In this document: positions 1 through 8,224 of the stretch, in pieces
Layout: every line of letters begins with the position of its first letter
Numbering within the stretch: the first letter of the stretch is position 1
Origin: an uncultured Candidatus Saccharibacteria bacterium
Lineage (GTDB): Bacteria; Patescibacteriota; Minisyncoccia; Phycocordibacterales; JAACPR01
Assembly (NCBI GenBank): GCA_964630375.1
Contig: CAZVRT010000002.1
Span: 41,706-105,705, forward strand
DNA: 64,000 bases
Reading direction: 5' to 3'
Notes under the pieces: generated by a model
The model's input: the letters and a program-made list of their open reading frames with translations, nothing else
Databases searched by the model: none
What the model was told of the DNA's origin: nothing
Position numbers and translations under genes: made by a program

Positions 1-1244
1 GCTTCAGCAGTCGGCTTCAACTGTCCAACAATATCTGAAACCAGCGCACGAAAATCAAAATTCACTTTTCGATAATTCACAGTTCCGTCTTGCAAGTTTG
101 AAGCATCAAGCAAAGATTTCACCATTTGCACAGCTTGTGTGTTTGTATCAAATCCAACATCAACCAACTTTTTCGCTTCCGGAGTCAACGCACCATACTC
201 CCCGTTTTTCAATGCATCAAAGATAAGTCGTGATCGAGTCAAAAATCCTTTCACTTGGTGGTTAATAAATCTCATCAAAGATTCTTGCTGAGAATTTGCT
301 TTTTGTAAATTTTGTCGAGCAACAACTTCGGACTTCACACTTCTAACCAAGAAATATCCCAAAATCGTAATCAACAACAAGTTCACGATAACAATCATTC
401 TCACCAAACTGATTGTTTGCAAAAAGAAAAGTGAAAGAGTTAGAACCCAAAGTCCAACAACTAAAACTTGAGTTGGTAAAATTTTTGTATTAAAAGCTCC
501 ATGTTTTGCAACCAAGTAAGATAGAATTCCGATAAAAATTGGCATTCCAAATAATCCATATTGAGCAACACTCCAATCCAAAGCTAAGCTTCCAAAAATA
601 TTTCCAAATGAAAACATCAATAAGAACATCAACGCACCAACAAAAATTAAAACATTTTTTGAAATTTTTGACTTGTCTTTTTCTGACTTAATAGATTTCA
701 ATCCAGAAATAATAATTAATCCAACTATTACTAACTCAACAAAATAAGCATATCTCCACAACGGGCCTTCAATCGCTTCTCTATCACAGTTCGTAAAATC
801 AAAACCTGTAAGGTTTAGAGCTGTAGGAGCAAGAAAAATTATTGGCAAAAACAAAATGAATAAAGTTATTGTATTAGAAACTGGTAATTCTTTCCTAAAC
901 AAATATTGATACACAAAAATATAAGTAACAATGTAAATTAAAACATCAAAATAAATCAGTGATGCCCAGAAAAACATAACGTAATCAACTCTTTCTGTAG
1001 CCCATAAAACTAAATCAATTAATGACCAGACAACAAACAAGCTAGAGAGAATAAACAAAAGACGATTTAAAGTGCCTCTTGGATTACTAAACAAAACAAA
1101 TACACCAAAAAGCAAAGAAAGAATAGATGGGAACAAATGAGAGTAATATATTAATGGAGAGAAAACATTGTCAGAGAAGATTAAAAAGTTGGCTGTATCC
1201 CATTCACATATCTCCGCACCAATTTTTTGAATATTTTCTAACAT
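1..1244 (-). CDS. Membrane sensor protein, probable histidine kinase; partial, the C-terminus runs off the window start
   Basis: ATG at 1244 on the minus strand. The N-terminal 270 aa are multi-pass hydrophobic. The C-proximal part has an H-box-like 'LMRFINHQVKGFL' and a following 'VNFDFRALVSDIV' segment typical of the HisKA / HATPase junction. It is missing from the ORF track because it is truncated by the window edge. Confidence 0.45.
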   Translation of the reverse strand, partial: MLENIQKIGAEICEWDTANFLIFSDNVFSPLIYYSHLFPSILSLLFGVFVLFSNPRGTLNRLLFILSSLFVVWSLIDLVLWATERVDYVMFFWASLIYFDVLIYIVTYIFVYQYLFRKELPVSNTITLFILFLPIIFLAPTALNLTGFDFTNCDREAIEGPLWRYAYFVELVIVGLIIISGLKSIKSEKDKSKISKNVLIFVGALMFLLMFSFGNIFGSLALDWSVAQYGLFGMPIFIGILSYLVAKHGAFNTKILPTQVLVVGLWVLTLSLFFLQTISLVRMIVIVNLLLITILGYFLVRSVKSEVVARQNLQKANSQQESLMRFINHQVKGFLTRSRLIFDALKNGEYGALTPEAKKLVDVGFDTNTQAVQMVKSLLDASNLQDGTVNYRKVNFDFRALVSDIVGQLKPTAE

Positions 1245-1496
1245 TTTACTTTCATTATTCCTCGACTTCTGGAATTCCGTCCTCAGAATAATAGACTTCG
1301 AAATTATCCCTTAATATATATTCTTCATAAATCCAAAAAATAGAAATCAAAACAAAAACAACAAAAACTACTATAAGTATTTTATTAATTTTATTCACTA
1401 TATTTAGATTGTAGTTGATAGATAAATAATTGCAATAATCTTATGAACAATTATTTTAAAAGAAAAACCTCCGATAATATTTCAATCGGAGGTCTG

Positions 1497-2123
1497 TTAA
1501 AGTTCCCACAGCATTGTGTAGCCTTTTGTAGCTAAATAAGCTGCGCCCGACCAATATGCAATATGCCAGCAAACCATTGGGAGAAGTTTGGCGACACTCT
1601 TTTTTATAAGATCATTCCCACATTCACATTTCTGTGTGTACATGAAAACGCTTTGCGGGTCGAAAACGTGCAGTGTTCCCACCAAGTACAGCAACCATCT
1701 GTTATTCAGTAGCCAGGATTGAAACTTAGTTTGAATCCTAACGTACATCCTTTGCAGAATATGCCATGCAACTTGTGGCTGTCTATCTTTCAACGAAACT
1801 AACCAGAGCTTCAATTGATTGATCGGATACAGAACGGTGTTCTTTCCAAATTTCGGTGGCCTTGTTTTGTGAGCTACTTCCTGCATGGCATGCATGCCAA
1901 AGAGATCTTCACCTCTCTCATACATCGCTCGATAGTGAACCGAGACAATGATTACAGAAAATAGAAAGTAACAAGGAACCGTCACTAGGAAGCAAACGAA
2001 CCAGCCGTAATGCAACGCAAGAAACCAGAGTAATGGATAGAAGATCAAGCGATCCAACCACCCAAAAAACTGATCCCAGGTCAAGGCTTTGACAGTGTTT
2101 ACTGCCAGGTCTTTGGTGCTCAT
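1497..2123 (-). CDS. Hypothetical polytopic membrane protein; GC is about 45%, clearly above the local background
   Basis: 208-aa ORF with several hydrophobic helices. It is Trp/His-rich with no recognisable family motif. Codon and GC usage are atypical for the window. Confidence 0.45.
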   Translation of the reverse strand: MSTKDLAVNTVKALTWDQFFGWLDRLIFYPLLWFLALHYGWFVCFLVTVPCYFLFSVIIVSVHYRAMYERGEDLFGMHAMQEVAHKTRPPKFGKNTVLYPINQLKLWLVSLKDRQPQVAWHILQRMYVRIQTKFQSWLLNNRWLLYLVGTLHVFDPQSVFMYTQKCECGNDLIKKSVAKLLPMVCWHIAYWSGAAYLATKGYTMLWEL

Positions 2124-2190
2124 TTTATAGGGCTATTCGGTTTATAATTGTTACATAAAAATAAGAAAAAGTCAAATTATTTAAAATAGC

Positions 2191-2739
2191 TTGTATTTTA
2201 TTGAAAAAATGGTTATGATAAAAACACACTTTTTAATAAAGTCAAAAAATGATTTTATTAAAAACTATAATGTAATGTTAATGGTCAAAACGAAGGTGAA
2301 AGAGAGTACCATCCCAGGCGCAGGCTTAGGCTTATTTGCGGACGAATTCATTAAAAAAGGAACTGTTACTTGGAGATTTTGCCCTGGTTTTGATCAGATT
2401 TCTTATGAAGACGACCTTTTAAGAATGTCTGAAACAGCAAGAATCCAATTTCTAAAATATTCTTACAAAAGTCTAGATGATGGTCACTATGTATCTTGTG
2501 GTGACGACGATAGATTCATAAATCACTCTGAAAATCCAAATATAATTGAAGGAGAAAATGAAGAAAATTCTGAACCTTTTTCAATTGCCGCTAGAGACAT
2601 TAGACCCGGAGAAGAAATGCTTTGTAACTATTTTGATTATGACGCCAATGCCGAAATGAAGTTGAGTAATAATTTTTCTTACACGCCGCAAAATAATTCT
2701 TTAAATGAAAATTCTGAGTTATCTACATTTCCTTCTTAA
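2191..2739 (+). CDS. SET-domain protein, a putative protein-lysine methyltransferase. The true start is probably an internal ATG near 2281 ('MVKTKVKESTIPGAGLGLFA').
   Basis: SET motifs are present: a GxG N-terminal 'IPGAGLGLFA', 'RFINHSENPN' (the NHSxxPN pseudoknot motif), and a C-terminal 'PGEEMLCNYFDYD' (the ELxxxY post-SET-like motif). Confidence 0.6.
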   Translation: MYFIEKMVMIKTHFLIKSKNDFIKNYNVMLMVKTKVKESTIPGAGLGLFADEFIKKGTVTWRFCPGFDQISYEDDLLRMSETARIQFLKYSYKSLDDGHYVSCGDDDRFINHSENPNIIEGENEENSEPFSIAARDIRPGEEMLCNYFDYDANAEMKLSNNFSYTPQNNSLNENSELSTFPS

Positions 2740-2816
2740 TTAATTCAATACCTCATTTACTTCCCTTTTATTATTCTTTTATCAAAATTTTATCCTCAAC
2801 TTTCTATAATTCTGAT

Positions 2817-3197
2817 GTGAAAAACTTTGATGAGTGGAATGAGGTTAAGAAAAAAACTGATAATGAAGAAAATAGATTATACACAATAAGAGAGATTTGG
2901 TGGTTTAGAATTGGTTTAAATATTGGCACTGAACAGAATGGTAATGGTAAGGAATATACTAGACCATGTTTAATAATTTGCGGATTTGGATTTCATGCTT
3001 GCATGATTGTTCCTTTAACGACTTCTCCGAAACAAAATAGATTTAGAATTAGAATAGGTTTAGTTGAAGAATTTGAAGCAAAAGCCAATATTTCTCAAAT
3101 AAAAGTTATCGACACAAAAAGATTAGTAAGAAAAGTTGGTTTTTTAGATAAAAAGATTTTTGATAATGTAATAAAAAACATCAAAGATTTACTTTGA
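2817..3197 (+). CDS. PemK/MazF-fold protein (toxin-like endoribonuclease fold), paralog 1; GTG start
   Basis: 'REIWWFRIGLNIGTEQNGNGKEYTRPCLII...VPLTTSP...IKVIDTKRL' matches the PemK/MazF signature 'GeiWwv.l.p..G.EQ.G..RPvlVv ... P.Ts ... q.r.iD..Rl'. No antitoxin ORF lies upstream. Confidence 0.5.
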   Translation: MKNFDEWNEVKKKTDNEENRLYTIREIWWFRIGLNIGTEQNGNGKEYTRPCLIICGFGFHACMIVPLTTSPKQNRFRIRIGLVEEFEAKANISQIKVIDTKRLVRKVGFLDKKIFDNVIKNIKDLL

Positions 3198-3344
3198 TGT
3201 TTTTTACATTTGCCTCATCTTTTAGATGTGGCGAGGCCGAAGCCAACTGTTCCTAAATTGTATATAAACAAAATACAAAAGTCAAATATGGAAATTTATC
3301 TTTTCTTTATCAAAACTTCATACTGCATTTTATATAATCCTAAA

Positions 3345-3746
3345 GTGAAAAACTTTGATGAGTGGAACAAAGAAAAACAAGAGATTCACAATACTCCTAC
3401 TAAAAAATTATTTATAAATCCACGAGAAATTTGGCTTACCAAAATGGGTCAAAATATCGGATTTGAAGAAAATGGAAAAGAGAATTTTTTAAGACCGGTT
3501 TTGGTAGTTAAAGTTGTCGGGAATATGTTTTTTACAGCAGCACTAACAACAGGAGGTAAAGATAATAAATTTTATCATAAAATAACTAAAATTAATTTAG
3601 AAAATCCAAAGTATATAGACTCTTCATACTTAATTCTTTCGCAGGTTAAAGTTATGGATAAAAAGCGTTTTTTCAAGAAAATAGGATTTGTAGAAAAAGA
3701 AGAATTTGAAGAGATAAAAACAAAACTCAGAGAACTGCTTCTCTGA
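3345..3746 (+). CDS. PemK/MazF-fold protein, paralog 2. The ORF-track start at 3210 is probably an over-extension, and a GTG at 3345 reproduces the 'MKNFDEWN' N-terminus of paralog 1.
   Basis: 'REIWLTKMGQNIGFEENGKENFLRPVLVV...' shows the same fold signature. A 23-nt stretch around the start, 'gtgaaaaactttgatgagtggaa', is identical to paralog 1 at the DNA level. A perfect 9-bp hairpin, 'ctcagagaa ctgc ttctctgag', overlaps the stop codon. Confidence 0.45.
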   Translation: MKNFDEWNKEKQEIHNTPTKKLFINPREIWLTKMGQNIGFEENGKENFLRPVLVVKVVGNMFFTAALTTGGKDNKFYHKITKINLENPKYIDSSYLILSQVKVMDKKRFFKKIGFVEKEEFEEIKTKLRELLL

Positions 3747-3880
3747 GTTTTGCTTCTTGTTTTGTCTCCTATTTCTAGGAGATGGATCCCGAAGGACATT
3801 TGTATCTACAAGTATATGCGAAATAAAATTTAAAGTCAACTTTAAAAAAGTTATCATTTCTTTATTAAAACTTTATAAAA

Positions 3881-4421
3881 TTAAAACTCAAATTCCTCCG
3901 ACAACTCATAAGCTAATTTGTATTTAGGGTCATTAGGCTCTCTTGTGTAACCCATCTCCCTCAAAACTTTAAACACAGGTATGTGTTTTGCAACGGTTTC
4001 ATCTTTATGAATATTGGTAGGAAATTTATTGTCTGTAAGCAAAACATGTATCAACTCATGTGTGAGTATTTCCATAAACTCATCGGGAGTATATCTGGAT
4101 CTCACAATCAACGGTGCGGACATGTCTCTGTCTGTGGCATTCACAATAAAAACATCAATTATATTTTTCTTAAATTCAAGACCTGTTATGTTGTGAATTT
4201 TTTCTAATGTCTCTGCCCCATTATTTTTAAAAGTTTTTTTTAAAGAGTTTTACTTTTTCTAAAACTTCTTCTGTGCTAGCAAAAATATGATTTGGATATT
4301 TTTTCAAAATATAATCCCTAAAAAATGGTTCCAGTAGTCGCCCGTGACGAATATTTATTTGTGGGTGGTTTTTCATGAATTTATAATTTTCATCATAAAA
4401 TAAAACAAATATAATTACCAC
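3881..4421 (-). pseudogene. Disrupted HExxH zinc-metallopeptidase-like gene, possibly DUF45/YgjP-like, split into two ORFs in different frames
   Basis: The downstream piece, 3881-4144, contains 'EILTHELIHVLL' (HExxH). The upstream piece, 4227-4421, sits in a different frame with an 80-nt gap. Together they would make roughly 180 aa. The family assignment is weak. Confidence 0.3.
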
Positions 4422-4448
4422 CTTGAAATAATTTGCTATTATTTAAAA

Positions 4449-4760
4449 GTGAATTCTGAATTAAGATTAGAAATAGCAAACCTTATAAAAGAACTTTTGA
4501 AAATAACTAAAGAAGAAGATTTAAATTCTGCTAGAAAATTTTATGAAAAAAATCTTCGTGAATTACTTTCTGTAAAAATCAAAGAAATTGACCCTGAATT
4601 TTATAATAAAAATTTTCCTTATTTTATAGAAATAAATGAAATGTTATATGTACATCCGTTTTTTACAAAACCATTCAGATACAAAGAAGATTCTATAAAA
4701 CTTATTCAAGAATTTTTAGAAGAAATTATTTCAAACCCAACTCCCCTTTCTGCTTCTTAG
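4449..4760 (+). CDS. Hypothetical small protein, 103 aa
   Basis: ORF only, with no motif. It overlaps the aspS 3' end by about 35 nt, convergently. Confidence 0.25.
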   Translation: MNSELRLEIANLIKELLKITKEEDLNSARKFYEKNLRELLSVKIKEIDPEFYNKNFPYFIEINEMLYVHPFFTKPFRYKEDSIKLIQEFLEEIISNPTPLSAS

Positions 4761-6135
4761 AAATATCCGCTGGTGCATTCATCATTAAATCTTTTCCGTC
4801 ACCTGTTTTTGCAAAAGCAATAGTTTCTCGAATGTTTGGCTCATTTTCAAGAATCATCATCAAGCGATCAAATCCCCAAGCGATTCCTCCATGTGGCGGA
4901 GCACCAAATTTCAAAGCTTCTAAAAAGTAACCAAAATTGTTTTCAATTCGAGCATCATCGTATCCCATTATTTCAAAAGTTTTTTTCAAAGCTTCAGCTT
5001 TGTTATTTCGAATACTTCCTCCACCAATTTCAAATCCGTTCAAAGTAATGTCATATTGTGAAGTTAAAATTTCTCCAATATTTTCTTTGCTCATAAATTG
5101 TTCAAAATGTGCATCTTTTGGTTTTGAAAATGGATTGTGTGTAAAAGTCCACTCACCAGTTCCATCAAAGTTTTCTTCTCCAGTTTTTTCAAACATTGGA
5201 AAATCTACAATCCACAAAAACGCCAAAAGGTTTGGGTCATTTTTATCTTCTCGAATATCAGGTCTATCACTATCATATTTCTCCATCGCTTCCTTATATG
5301 ACATCCTTGGAAAAGGAATTTGCTGAATTCTTTTTTCAGGGTAAAACTTTTGCACAATTTCAATTAAAAGTTTTTCATTTAATTGCATAACATCTTCTTC
5401 CGAAACAAAAGACATTTCGATATCAAGTTGAGTAAACTCAGGTTGTCTGTCGCCTCTTGTATCTTCATCTCTCATACAACGAGCAAATTGAAAATATTTT
5501 TCCAATCCTCCAACCATCAAAAGTTGTTTGTATTGTTGCGGAGATTGTGGAAGAGAATAAAATGTTCCTTTATAAATTCTACTTGGCACAACAAAAGATC
5601 GTGCACCCTCTGGAGTCGGTGCAGACAAAAGCGGAGTTTCAATTTCTGTGAAATTTTCATCTGCCAACAAATTTCGAATATGATTTTGAACCTTGAAACG
5701 ATTTACAATATTTTTCTTCAATCTATCATTTCGTAAATCAAGATATCGATATTTCAAGCGAATTGATTCATCAACAATTCTTGTATCACCATCCAAAGGA
5801 AACGGTGGTGTTAGAGATTCATTCAAAATATTTATATACAAAATTTCTAGCTCAATGTTTCCATTCAAAATTCCTTCTTTGATATTTCTTTCAGGTCGCG
5901 GATTTATTTTCCCTGTTACCTCAACAACAAATTCTTCTCGAAGAATTTTTCCAGTTTCCATCGCTTCGCTTCCAGGCAAAATAACTCCTTGAACAATTCC
6001 TGTTACATCACGAAAATCCAAGAAAATCATTTTTCCTTGATCTCGACGAACATTAACCCAACCTTTAATAACAACTTCTTCTCCTACTTTTTGAGCTAAG
6101 TCTTTTATATACACTCTATTATTGCCGTTATTCAT
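4726..6135 (-). CDS. aspS: Aspartyl-tRNA synthetase, short archaeal/non-discriminating-type, lacking the GAD insertion
   Basis: It has an OB-fold anticodon-binding N-terminus, class II motifs 'FQFARCMRDEDTRGDRQPEFTQLDIEMSF' and 'GGGSIRNNKAEALKKTFE', and 'HGGIAWGFDRLMMIL'. Length is 469 aa. Confidence 0.9.
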   Translation of the reverse strand: MNNGNNRVYIKDLAQKVGEEVVIKGWVNVRRDQGKMIFLDFRDVTGIVQGVILPGSEAMETGKILREEFVVEVTGKINPRPERNIKEGILNGNIELEILYINILNESLTPPFPLDGDTRIVDESIRLKYRYLDLRNDRLKKNIVNRFKVQNHIRNLLADENFTEIETPLLSAPTPEGARSFVVPSRIYKGTFYSLPQSPQQYKQLLMVGGLEKYFQFARCMRDEDTRGDRQPEFTQLDIEMSFVSEEDVMQLNEKLLIEIVQKFYPEKRIQQIPFPRMSYKEAMEKYDSDRPDIREDKNDPNLLAFLWIVDFPMFEKTGEENFDGTGEWTFTHNPFSKPKDAHFEQFMSKENIGEILTSQYDITLNGFEIGGGSIRNNKAEALKKTFEIMGYDDARIENNFGYFLEALKFGAPPHGGIAWGFDRLMMILENEPNIRETIAFAKTGDGKDLMMNAPADISKKQKGELGLK

Positions 6136-7192
6136 TGTTATGTTTATACACTAAAACCAGCTCTAAAGGAAGTTGAGGCACTGCGCTTCTTCCAACCATG
6201 TCGTGAGCTTTTAGAAGTTCCAGCAAAACTTCAGAATTGATTTTTGTTTGTTTATTGTCAGAAATTTCTGTTATAAATTTCATGTCTTCTTCTGAAAAAA
6301 CATCCGCAAATTGTTTTTTTCTAGAATCAGAAATTTTCATCAACATAATTGCACGAACCTTGCTCAAAACTAATTCCAAGAAAACTTTCATATCAAGATT
6401 TGCTTCGGCAGCTTTTGCCAAAGCATTCAAACCAACATCAATGTTTCCACCATCCAGTGCTTCAATATATTTATTTACCAAATCAGACTTTGGTGCACCT
6501 GTAACTTTTTCAACTTCTTCAACAGAAATTTTTTTGTCTTTTGAAGAGCTAATAACTTTTTGCAAAATTCCTTGTGCATCTCTAAAAGATCCGTCAGCAA
6601 GTAGACCCAACAAATCCGCCGCACTAGTTTCAAGAGAAAAACCTTCCGCTTCTGCGGTTTTTTCAATCATATTTTTCAGAATTTTCTGATTTGGTTTTTT
6701 GAAAGTATAAGTCTGACAACGAGAAATTATTGTTTCAGGAATTTTTTCAGGTTCGGTAGTAGCTAAAATAAAAATAACATGCGAAGGCGGTTCTTCTAGA
6801 GTTTTCAGCAAAGCATTGAAAGCTGACTTCGAAAGCATGTGGACTTCGTCCAAAATATAAACTTTGTATTTAGAATCAAAAGGTTGTGTATATACAGATT
6901 CGTTCAATGCGCGAATTTCATCAACTCCGTTATTTGAAGCAGCATCAATTTCGTACAAGTCGTCATTTGATGTGCCAATTTCTCTGGCAAAAATTCTTGC
7001 AATAGATGTTTTTCCAATTCCGCGAGTTCCTGCAAAAAGATATGCATGAGAAATATTTCCAAGTTTTATTGATTCAGAAAGAACAGAAGTTACATGTTCT
7101 TGTCCTAAAACATCTTTGAATTTTTGTGGTCGATATTTTGTATAAAGCGCAACTCGATCGTGTTGTATATTTGAATCTGATTTCTTCGACAT
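6128..7192 (-). CDS. dnaX: DNA polymerase III subunit gamma/tau. The true start is probably the ATG at 7192 ('MSKKSDSNIQHDRVALYTKYRPQKF'), and the ORF-track extension to 7309 runs through a terminator hairpin.
   Basis: 'YRPQKFKDVLGQEHV', Walker A 'GTRGIGKTSIARIFA', a DExx box 'VYILDEVHMLS' and sensor 'SRCQ'. Confidence 0.85.
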   Translation of the reverse strand: MSKKSDSNIQHDRVALYTKYRPQKFKDVLGQEHVTSVLSESIKLGNISHAYLFAGTRGIGKTSIARIFAREIGTSNDDLYEIDAASNNGVDEIRALNESVYTQPFDSKYKVYILDEVHMLSKSAFNALLKTLEEPPSHVIFILATTEPEKIPETIISRCQTYTFKKPNQKILKNMIEKTAEAEGFSLETSAADLLGLLADGSFRDAQGILQKVISSSKDKKISVEEVEKVTGAPKSDLVNKYIEALDGGNIDVGLNALAKAAEANLDMKVFLELVLSKVRAIMLMKISDSRKKQFADVFSEEDMKFITEISDNKQTKINSEVLLELLKAHDMVGRSAVPQLPLELVLVYKHNNE

Positions 7193-7225
7193 ACTGATGA
7201 AGAAGATTATAGCATAAAAGAGAAA

Positions 7226-7254
7226 GGGCCCGCGCTTGCTTCGCAAGCGGGCCC
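7226..7254 (-). terminator. GC-rich hairpin (GGGCCCGC..TTGC / GCAAGCGGGCCC with a 2-nt bulge) followed on the minus strand by a U-rich tract. It sits between an upstream transcript and the dnaX start.
   Basis: The minus strand reads gggcccgcttgcgaagcaagcgcgggccc then tttctcttttatgctataat. A candidate -10 'TATAAT' immediately precedes dnaX. Confidence 0.5.
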
Positions 7255-7364
7255 AGATGTCAGATATATGTCCTCCTTGATCATACGATCTCCTTTCTAT
7301 GCCTGCCATGCAGGCTGTTTCAAACTGATTCTGACATATATAAATACATTGTCAATATTATTTA

Positions 7365-7633
7365 AAAAAAGAAAAAGGCCCAGTGCACTTTCGTTGAGTA
7401 TTTATTTCCGAAGAAACAAACTAAACGACGCGACTGGACCAGGAAGTATAAACCTGAAAAGTTTTCCGTATAGGAAGGTTCATTGACTTCAATGTGCACG
7501 ACTTTTGGTCGTATCATACAGCTCTTGGGCTGTACAGTGCCGAGCTCAGCTCGGGATTCTTCAATTCTGGTCTGAAGAAACCTTCTCTGTACCTCGACTG
7601 GGTCAAGGTACAAAGGCTCAATGCGAACCCTCA
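7365..7633 (-). ncRNA. Candidate structured ncRNA of about 270 nt, identity unresolved
   Basis: A 550-nt divergent intergenic region with GC of about 45% (background is about 34%). The minus strand has TTGACA (7667-7662), a 16-nt spacer and TATATT (7645-7640), and a GGCC plus U-run end near 7365-7385. It contains a UUCG-capped stem 'guuucUUCGgaaau'. The only ORFs inside (7362-7685 minus, 7505-7714 plus) are low-complexity and unconvincing. Confidence 0.35.
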
Positions 7634-7743
7634 TTTGTAAATATACACCTTCCCTGTTTTTTGTCAACAGTTCCATTTTTATCACTTTTTAATATTTTAT
7701 TTAAATCAATTTAATACTATTTTTTGTAATCTTATAAAACTTT

Positions 7744-8115
7744 ATGAATAATTTTGATAACTGGAACCAAATTAAAAAAGAAATTGGAAAAAGAGATATT
7801 TTAATCCCAAAAGAATCTGAAATTTGGATTATAAACTTGGGATACAATATCGGTTTTGAAATGTATGGTAAAAATAAAAATTATGTAAGACTAGCTTTAA
7901 TTTTAAAATCTTTTGGAGAAAATGGTTGTTGGATTATTCCATTAACCTCAAAATTCAAAAAACATTTCTTCATTCACTCAGTATCCAAAAATAGTTTTGC
8001 AAATATTTTACAATTTAAATTTATAGACAACAGAAGATGTTTAAGAAAAATTAGTAATTGTAATAAAAAAGAGTTTAATGAAATAAAGTGCAAATTCATA
8101 AAACTACTCTCCTAA
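7744..8115 (+). CDS. PemK/MazF-fold protein, paralog 3
   Basis: 'MNNFDNWNQIKK...SEIWIINLGYNIGFEMYGKNKNYVRLALIL...IPLTSK' shares the N-terminal 'NFDxWN' extension with paralogs 1 and 2. There is no upstream antitoxin ORF. Confidence 0.45.
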   Translation: MNNFDNWNQIKKEIGKRDILIPKESEIWIINLGYNIGFEMYGKNKNYVRLALILKSFGENGCWIIPLTSKFKKHFFIHSVSKNSFANILQFKFIDNRRCLRKISNCNKKEFNEIKCKFIKLLS

Positions 8116-8117
8116 AT

Positions 8118-8146
8118 AAAAAGACCTCTTTGTAGAGGTCTTTTTA
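8118..8146. terminator. Bidirectional rho-independent terminator
   Basis: aaaa-AGACCTCT-ttgt-AGAGGTCT-tttt, placed between the 3' ends of convergent genes (a plus-strand gene ending at 8115 and dus ending at 8225). Confidence 0.55.
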
Positions 8147-8224
8147 TAATATATACGGAGCTAAAGCTCCTCGGCCGGTTATCAAAACCTATAATAAATA
8201 ATTGTATTAAATCATTTTGAAAAG

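Noticed and set aside
4836-5992. Multiple plus-strand ORFs of 64-129 aa antisense to aspS, and similar antisense ORFs inside gyrB, pheT, gatB, the Clp-like gene and others
   Set aside because: They are shadow ORFs on the opposite strand of well-supported genes, with no motifs. The AT-rich, low-stop antisense frames explain them.
6128-7309. The N-terminal extension of dnaX to 7309
   Set aside because: The extension runs through a strong GC hairpin plus U-tract and a -10-like box. The conserved DnaX N-terminus (YRPQKF) follows the internal Met at 7192.
7362-7714. ORF-track entries 7362-7685 (minus, 107 aa) and 7505-7714 (plus, 69 aa) as protein genes
   Set aside because: They are low-complexity and have no motifs. 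They sit inside a GC-enriched block flanked by promoter and terminator signals, and are more likely frames read through a structured RNA.
7253-7743. Naming the dnaX-upstream RNA as SRP RNA (ffs/scr) on synteny alone
   Set aside because: Synteny with dnaX is suggestive. However, the universally conserved domain-IV GGAA tetraloop and AGCAGCC motifs are not visible, so the identity is left unresolved.
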